The notes under the pieces were generated by a model. That model was not told the origin of the DNA. It did no database searches and saw only the letters and a program-made list of their open reading frames with translations. From positions 1,716,116-1,780,115 of the forward strand of contig OZ242209.1 of NCBI GenBank assembly GCA_965206335.1: a stretch of 64,000 nt of DNA, written 5' to 3'. The position numbers were made by a program, and so were the translations under genes. Below are positions 58,535 through 64,000 of this stretch, in pieces. Source of the DNA: Dehalococcoidia bacterium. GTDB taxonomy: Bacteria > Chloroflexota > Dehalococcoidia > Lucifugimonadales > Lucifugimonadaceae. Positions within the stretch are counted from its first letter, which is position 1, and the number at the start of each line of letters is the position of its first letter.

Positions 58535-58676
58535 ATAGATAGCTGAAGCCACAACCCGCGCGGGGTTACGCATTTGCGATGAGTGTGGAGTTGCAGCATC
58601 CGCCGGGGATGTTTTCTGCGCATTTCGCGGTTCCACTTTAACGATGCCTTCGGGGGGTACCCCCTCCTTCTGTCAG
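58535..58676 (+). pseudogene. 5' fragment of an RDD gene of the 60228/61055 type
   Basis: It aligns to the first ~45 codons of ORF 60228-61001. The start codon reads ATA and CGA has become TGA at the 4th codon (ata gat agc tga). It ends at the duplication junction at 58676/58677. Confidence 0.75.
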
Positions 58677-59108
58677 CAACAAGAGTGTCCGTAACATCAG
58701 GCTTGAACTCTCCCTCATGCCTTCCCACAACTTCGCCAAAAGGGTCTATGAAAATCAAAGTGGGCCATGCTCACACAGCATAAGATTCCCAGATTTGCAT
58801 GCGGGCATCATTCACTACAGGGTGAGTATTCTATAGCGAGTCACGGCTTCCGCGATGTTTTCAGATGCCCTTTCCGCTTGAAATTTAGCGGTGTGCACTC
58901 CTATGGCCGCCAGTTTCGATTCATGCTTCAAATCCAAACGGGCAAGGTGAGGGGGCATATACATACAGTTGATGCAACAAAACGTCCGAAACTCCAAAAT
59001 AACCAATCGCCCTCGTAGTTTGGTAATACTCACAGGCTGGTCGGTATTACTCCATTCCAACCCGCGAGGGAATTAGGGCGCCTGTACTTTTCCGGCAAAA
59101 TTTTTCAT
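58677..59108 (-). pseudogene. Degenerate copy of the first ~145 codons of the thioredoxin-NHL gene
   Basis: ORF pieces 58815-59060 (..FRTFCCINCMY..) and part of 58465-58758 ([20 protein letters not shown]) match the N-terminus of ORF 55963-57408. An in-frame stop and frameshifts are present. Confidence 0.8.
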
Positions 59109-59316
59109 CAGTCAACCACCCTAATTACAATATACAGGCCTACCATAGAAAACAAACTCCCCCCGCATCGCATATAGATAAAACAGATACCCTACAAAAC
59201 ATGTAGGGATTGTCAGTATGCACTTAAAAAGACTCTCGAGAATATTTACCTAACATAAAATATAATACACAGTAGACATACATATTAGGTATTCTCAAAT
59301 GTGAAAGGAATCCCAG

Positions 59317-60174
59317 ATGACATCAGAACATGAAGACAGAACAAACTGCGTAAACTGCAAAGCTGCTTTAGATTCTCCCGAAAATTTATATTGCACCTCA
59401 TGCGGTGCTCGTCAGAGAGAGATTCCTGAAAGGACATCCGCCGCGGAAACTACAGCACACAGCGCTCCTGCTTCGGGTTCAAGGGCTGAATCCCAGCAAC
59501 ACAGAAGATTTAACCCATGGGAAGAAGATTCGCGGAGTGCAGCGGGAGAGATGTTGCCAAGTTCATGCCGAAGGTGCAACTCTGAAATAGCACCGAATGA
59601 AAATTACTGCAGAACTTGCGGCTTGCCTGTGGGAGTAGCAGGTAGCGGAACAGACAAGGTAGCAGGTAAGCCTTGTGTGAGGGTTTTAGCCTTTGCGCTA
59701 GACTTGATTTTAGTTGCCATAGTTTCTTCTATTATTACTATCTTGGTATCATTCATTGTGTCGCCAGCCGAAACATGGATGTTCCTTAGAGAAAGCGCAA
59801 ATTTTACAGATTTAGAGGAACTTCCCATCCCTTCATGGGTAATAGCGGGTATTCCTGTGCTTTTGCAAATAGCGTATCTCGGCATACTGAACGCTAAGAA
59901 TCGTCAAACTTTATTCAAAAAACTGTTTGGGATTCGTACGGTAGATATGCAAGGCAAAGGGTTGGAATATGGTAAATCTTTCACAAGAGCTTTCTTGACT
60001 TATATGGGCATACTACTGATATCTATTGGCACCTATCTCGGCTTACTAGGGAGCATAGTATATGTGTTGGGTTCTCTGATATTTCTGGTAGATGCCTTTA
60101 GCATACTCAGAAGAGATAACCGCACACTCCACGACCTGCTGGCGGGTACACGAGTGGTCAATACGAGGGCTTAG
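59317..60174 (+). CDS. Double zinc-ribbon / RDD-family membrane protein, paralogue 2
   Basis: It has the same architecture as 57606-58481 and roughly two thirds identical residues by eye. Confidence 0.7.
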   Translation: MTSEHEDRTNCVNCKAALDSPENLYCTSCGARQREIPERTSAAETTAHSAPASGSRAESQQHRRFNPWEEDSRSAAGEMLPSSCRRCNSEIAPNENYCRTCGLPVGVAGSGTDKVAGKPCVRVLAFALDLILVAIVSSIITILVSFIVSPAETWMFLRESANFTDLEELPIPSWVIAGIPVLLQIAYLGILNAKNRQTLFKKLFGIRTVDMQGKGLEYGKSFTRAFLTYMGILLISIGTYLGLLGSIVYVLGSLIFLVDAFSILRRDNRTLHDLLAGTRVVNTRA

Positions 60175-60227
60175 CAATATGAAAAGAGTCTTGATTATAC
60201 GGAATTCTTCGTCTAGGGAAACGCCGT

Positions 60228-61001
60228 ATGGATAGCCGAAGCCACAACCCGCGCGGGTTGCGCATTTGCGATGAGTGTGGAGTTGCAGCATCCGCCGGGG
60301 ATGTTGCTTGCGCCTTTTGTGGTTCCACTCTAACGATGCCCTCGGTAGCACCTCCTCAAAGGCAAACTTTAGAAGCGGCAGCCGATAATGTATCAAGACC
60401 CTTTTCTGAAGAAAAAGCGGATAGCGGAACAGCCAATGTAGCAGCTGTGTCTTGGATAAGGTTTTCAGCCTTTGCAGTAGATGTGATTTTTGTTGCCATA
60501 TTTTCTTTTATTATTGTTTTCGCGGAAGCAATAATTAATTTTATAACCGGATTCAGTGCGTCCTTCTTCCTTTCTGACATTATTAATATCGTGAAACGAA
60601 CAATTGAAGAGATAACCGGATTCAAGTCATCCTTCTTTACTGGGAGTAGCCCCTATGAACGATTCGTATTGGTTACACTGGTTATTACCCCGTTAATGTA
60701 TTTCTTTATCCTAAACTCTGGAAATCGTCAAACTTTATTAAAAAAGTTGTTTGGGATTCGTACAGTAAACATGCAAGGCAGAGGTTTGGGATATGGTAAA
60801 TCTTTTATAAGATTTTTATTGACTTTTAGCGGCATACTGATGTTCTTTATTCTCCCTAATATCGGATTATCAGTCGACGCATCAGCTGGGTTGAGTTTTC
60901 TGGTATTGTTGGTGGACGCCTTACCAAGCGTATTCAGGAAAGATAGGCGCACAATACATGACCTACTGGTAAATACACAAGTGATAAATACGAATGTTTA
61001 G
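60228..61001 (+). CDS. Zinc-ribbon / RDD-family membrane protein, paralogue 3
   Basis: It has one ribbon (CDECGV..CAFCGS) and then an RDD-type domain (IRFSAFAVDVIF ... IHDLLVNTQVIN). Confidence 0.7.
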   Translation: MDSRSHNPRGLRICDECGVAASAGDVACAFCGSTLTMPSVAPPQRQTLEAAADNVSRPFSEEKADSGTANVAAVSWIRFSAFAVDVIFVAIFSFIIVFAEAIINFITGFSASFFLSDIINIVKRTIEEITGFKSSFFTGSSPYERFVLVTLVITPLMYFFILNSGNRQTLLKKLFGIRTVNMQGRGLGYGKSFIRFLLTFSGILMFFILPNIGLSVDASAGLSFLVLLVDALPSVFRKDRRTIHDLLVNTQVINTNV

Positions 61002-61054
61002 TGATATGAAACGGTCTCAGATTATACGGAATTTCTCCTCTTGGGAAGTGCCGT

Positions 61055-61768
61055 ATGGATAGCCGAAGCCACAACCCGCGCGGGTTGCGCATTTGCGATG
61101 AGTGTGGAGTTGCAGCATCCGCCGGGGATGTTGCTTGCGCATTTTGCGGTTCCACTCTAAAAAGGCAACCTTTAGAAGTACCCAATAATGTATCGAGGCC
61201 ACGTTCCAAAAAGAAAGATTCACCGCTTTCGGATGAATGCCCCCGCTGTTCGGCAGAAATCGGTTCCGCGGAAGAGTACTGCCACAATTGCGGTTTATTC
61301 TTTGAAGCCCTCAATGGGCCGGCACAAGCAAGGCTTTATTCGGTTGATTTCAGCGCTAGGTTAGTAGCTAGATCTATAGATTTGAGTGTGCTTGCTTTAA
61401 TAACAGGTATGCTTTTCATAGGGCAAATATGGGCTGTAAACTACGTAGCCTCGCAATTTCATTTGATTATCAATCAGGCTACTATATCCCTGATACTCGC
61501 CTTTTATATAGCGGTTCCCGCTTTCGTAGCCGTCTGCTATTTCGTTCTGACAACAGGCACATACGGGCTTACACTAGGTAAGGCTGCAAAGGGTTTGAAG
61601 GTAGTGTGTAAAGACGGCGGAAAGCCGGGCTATATACGTTCTCTATGGCGGCTTATTGTAGAGGTTCTACTGTTAGTTTTCATTGTTGATTATTTGGCGG
61701 GTATTTTAGGAAAACAAAAAAGAACCTTACATGACATCTTATCAGGCACTTGGGTAGTAAGCAGGTAG
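61055..61768 (+). CDS. Double zinc-ribbon / RDD-family membrane protein, paralogue 4
   Basis: The N-terminal 34 aa are identical to paralogue 3. A second ribbon (CPRCSA..CHNCGL) and an RDD-type domain (ARLVARSIDLSV ... LHDILSGTWVVS) follow. Confidence 0.7.
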   Translation: MDSRSHNPRGLRICDECGVAASAGDVACAFCGSTLKRQPLEVPNNVSRPRSKKKDSPLSDECPRCSAEIGSAEEYCHNCGLFFEALNGPAQARLYSVDFSARLVARSIDLSVLALITGMLFIGQIWAVNYVASQFHLIINQATISLILAFYIAVPAFVAVCYFVLTTGTYGLTLGKAAKGLKVVCKDGGKPGYIRSLWRLIVEVLLLVFIVDYLAGILGKQKRTLHDILSGTWVVSR

Positions 61769-61869
61769 ATTTGTAAAATTTCGTTGGTGTTTGGTGTATT
61801 GAAATCGATCGGAATCTATAAAATTTATACTATAACCAAATTTTATAATTTCACAGTACCGGAGCTATT

Positions 61870-62754
61870 GTGGGTATCTTGATAGCGGCTCTTACGCCTA
61901 GTATATTTTGGCTGTGGTTTTTCACTAGATTCAAAGCATACAGACCCCGTCCGCGCAGTATCATAATCATAACGTTCTTTCTGGGCATGCTGTTAACTAT
62001 ACCGGCGTTGTTATTGGAATTTCTTCTTATACCTATTAGCAGCAGCATCGGCACTCTAGCAGCATTTTACTTTATCGTGGGACCCGTGGAGGAGTTATCC
62101 AAATATATTGCTGTGCGGCTTCGGGCAAGCGGGTCACTCTATTTTGAGGAGCCGCGGGATGGCTTGATATATGCCGCAGCAGCCAGTTTTGGTTTTGCGA
62201 CTATCGAGAATATATTCTACATTTCACAGTTTGGCACAGAGGTCATATTTATAAGGGGACCTCTTTCTACACTTGCGCATTTCGTATTCGGTTCCGTTTG
62301 GGGGTTGGCTATGGGAATGAGCGTACAGGGTAAGGTTCCTAGATGGGTTCCACTGTTGCTGGGAGTGCCTATAGCAGCATTCTTACACGGTTCATTCAAT
62401 ATTCTGGTATCTATCGATTCTATCTGGGGCACTCCTGCGGCAATTTCTCTGATATCGGCAGGTGCGGTGCTGGTAATAGCTATGTTCAAATGGGCTAATT
62501 TTGTATCTCCCTTTCGTTCCCGAAGAAATAATCCACTCTCTATATGTTCTATATGTAAAAGCACAGGGCGTTTTGCTAAAGAGTGCACATCTTGCGGAGC
62601 TTCTCAATCCGAATTTGCCGGAAAGATTATCTGCAGCTTTTGCGGACATAGTACTACTTCACAGGATCATTTTTGCGGTAGATGCGGTGATCAATTCATC
62701 CGTCTGCAGGCTCCGCCTAAAAACAGAGCCGTCATACAAAAGCTCAAGAGTTAA
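61870..62754 (+). CDS. PrsW-family intramembrane protease with a C-terminal double zinc ribbon
   Basis: The motifs VEELSKY, ATIENIFY, LAHFVFGSVWG and FLHGSFN lie in a polytopic protein. The C-terminus carries CSICKS..CTSCGA and CSFCGH..CGRCG. Confidence 0.7.
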   Translation: MGILIAALTPSIFWLWFFTRFKAYRPRPRSIIIITFFLGMLLTIPALLLEFLLIPISSSIGTLAAFYFIVGPVEELSKYIAVRLRASGSLYFEEPRDGLIYAAAASFGFATIENIFYISQFGTEVIFIRGPLSTLAHFVFGSVWGLAMGMSVQGKVPRWVPLLLGVPIAAFLHGSFNILVSIDSIWGTPAAISLISAGAVLVIAMFKWANFVSPFRSRRNNPLSICSICKSTGRFAKECTSCGASQSEFAGKIICSFCGHSTTSQDHFCGRCGDQFIRLQAPPKNRAVIQKLKS

Positions 62755-63169
62755 ATACTGAAAGGATAAGGATAAAATAGAACGGTAAAGCATGATAAAA
62801 GCTTTGCTCACAAGCGCAAGTGAATATATCCGAATATATCCCCTCTTCTTTGATGGAAAACTGCGCGAACACTAACTATACTTTAAGTGATGACCAAGTG
62901 ATGACCAATGCTACAAGCCCATCCTTTCAGGAGAAACGGTGGCAGATTTTTATTGATATACAAAGAATGGAATACGCTCGTTTTTGTGACATACAGACGA
63001 TCCGCAAGGTAAGATATGCTACCGACCTTGAGACGACTCTGAAAAAACTTCTGTGATGACGTTTAGAAATACCCGCACGATAAAGGTGCCTAGTCAGGGT
63101 GTGTATGGTGAGTAAACAACTCCCGCTTTCACTTTTACTGAATACGGCAGAAAATAAAAGGAGCCAGCA

Positions 63170-64000
63170 ATGAAAATAGAGAATAGAAACAATAGCGAGG
63201 ATATACAACATTTCTTATCCAAAGCGGCTGATAGTTTGGGCTTGAGTAAAGGTGTGCGGAAAGTGCTTTTCGAGCCGTGGCGAGAGATGGAAGTAACCGT
63301 GCCAACCTTTATGGATGATGGGCGCATAGAGGTGTTCAAAGGATATCGTGTGCAACACAACGCCAGCCGAGGACCCTACAAAGGAGGCATAAGGTACCAC
63401 CCCGATGCCAACAGGGATGAGGTCAGAGCATTGGCGTCTTTGATGACATGGAAGACCGCACTGCTAGATATACCCTTTGGCGGCGCTAAAGGAGGAGTGG
63501 AGGTGGACGTACATAGTCTAAGCCAAAGTGAGCTGAATAGGCTAACCCGCAGATATACTCGCAAAATACTCCACTGGTTAGGTGATCACCGGGATATTCC
63601 GGCGCCTGATTTGGGAACTAATGAACAGACTATGGCTTGGATCATGGATGAATATCACCAGATTCGCGGCTATACTCCGGCTATTGTTACAGGCAAACCG
63701 GTGTCTTTGGGCGGTTCACTCGGAAGAGAAGCCGCAACCGGCAGAGGAAGTGTAACCGTACTAAAAGAAGCAGCACGTGATCTGGGCATAGATTTGCATG
63801 GGACTCGTATAGTTTTGCAAGGGTTTGGCAAAGTAGGTAAATGGTTAGCTCACGATGCTTCCCAGATAGGGGCACGAATTATTGCCATATCCGATAGCAG
63901 CGGTGCTATTTTCAATTCGGAAGGGCTGAATATAAGAGACCTTACCGGATATGTGGAAAGTACAGGAAGGATAGCGGGTTTCTCCGGAGGAGAGAAATGC
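63170..64000 (+). CDS. gdhA: Glutamate dehydrogenase, 3' end outside the window
   Basis: It is not in the ORF track because there is no stop before the window end. ATG 63170 follows aaaggag. The translation has GPYKGGIRYHP, KTALLDIPFGGAKGG and QGFGKVG. Confidence 0.9.
   Translation, partial: MKIENRNNSEDIQHFLSKAADSLGLSKGVRKVLFEPWREMEVTVPTFMDDGRIEVFKGYRVQHNASRGPYKGGIRYHPDANRDEVRALASLMTWKTALLDIPFGGAKGGVEVDVHSLSQSELNRLTRRYTRKILHWLGDHRDIPAPDLGTNEQTMAWIMDEYHQIRGYTPAIVTGKPVSLGGSLGREAATGRGSVTVLKEAARDLGIDLHGTRIVLQGFGKVGKWLAHDASQIGARIIAISDSSGAIFNSEGLNIRDLTGYVESTGRIAGFSGGEKC

Noticed and set aside
62820-63056. 78-aa GTG-initiated ORF between the PrsW-like gene and gdh
   Set aside because: It has no recognisable domain or RBS and lies in an AT-rich intergenic context. 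A small protein is possible but unsupported. The same applies to 46819-47049, 46575-46766, 51659-51859 and 36524-36784.

Overview
This is a 64-kb stretch of a moderately AT-rich bacterial chromosome. It holds no rRNA or other marker I can place without a database search; a free-living, possibly Chloroflexota-like organism is only a guess. I can support about 55 protein genes, one intact tRNA-Ser(GCT) and one tRNA 3' fragment. The housekeeping backbone is intact: an ABC/GldG-like operon, cinA, coaE, rarA, ltaE, lspA-rluD-gltX, rpsU-purQ-purL, dtd, nadC-nadA-miaB, two further ABC systems, a moaD/moaE fusion, rpsP-KH-rimM-yebC, redox genes and gdh. Several variable, partly decaying patches interrupt it. 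(1) 1-6.6 kb holds TPR / frameshifted FRG-domain gene / shattered TPR gene / split hsdS / hsdM, with no hsdR. (2) 13-18.5 kb holds a tight minus-strand module: coaE, a CbbQ/NorQ-type AAA+ ATPase, a CoA-pyrophosphatase-type Nudix and an 1124-aa NorD/CbbO-like vWA protein, with no recognisable client. (3) 21-25.4 kb is a strikingly AT-rich island of four tandem paralogues of a putative glycosyltransferase-like gene. One copy is intact, three are truncated or frameshifted, and they are separated by a conserved 143-nt spacer. (4) 31.9-34.5 kb holds partial and frameshifted tandem copies of a lipoprotein gene. (5) 40.1-42.2 kb is a ~1.9-kb segment bracketed by tRNA-Ser(GCT) and a degenerate copy of a tRNA-Ser 3' end. 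(6) 57-62.8 kb holds an old 1.7-kb tandem duplication and a run of four zinc-ribbon/RDD membrane-protein paralogues, followed by a PrsW-type protease with the same zinc ribbons. No transposase, integrase, CRISPR array or prophage genes were seen. All calls come from reading the translations and sequence by eye, and no searches were run.
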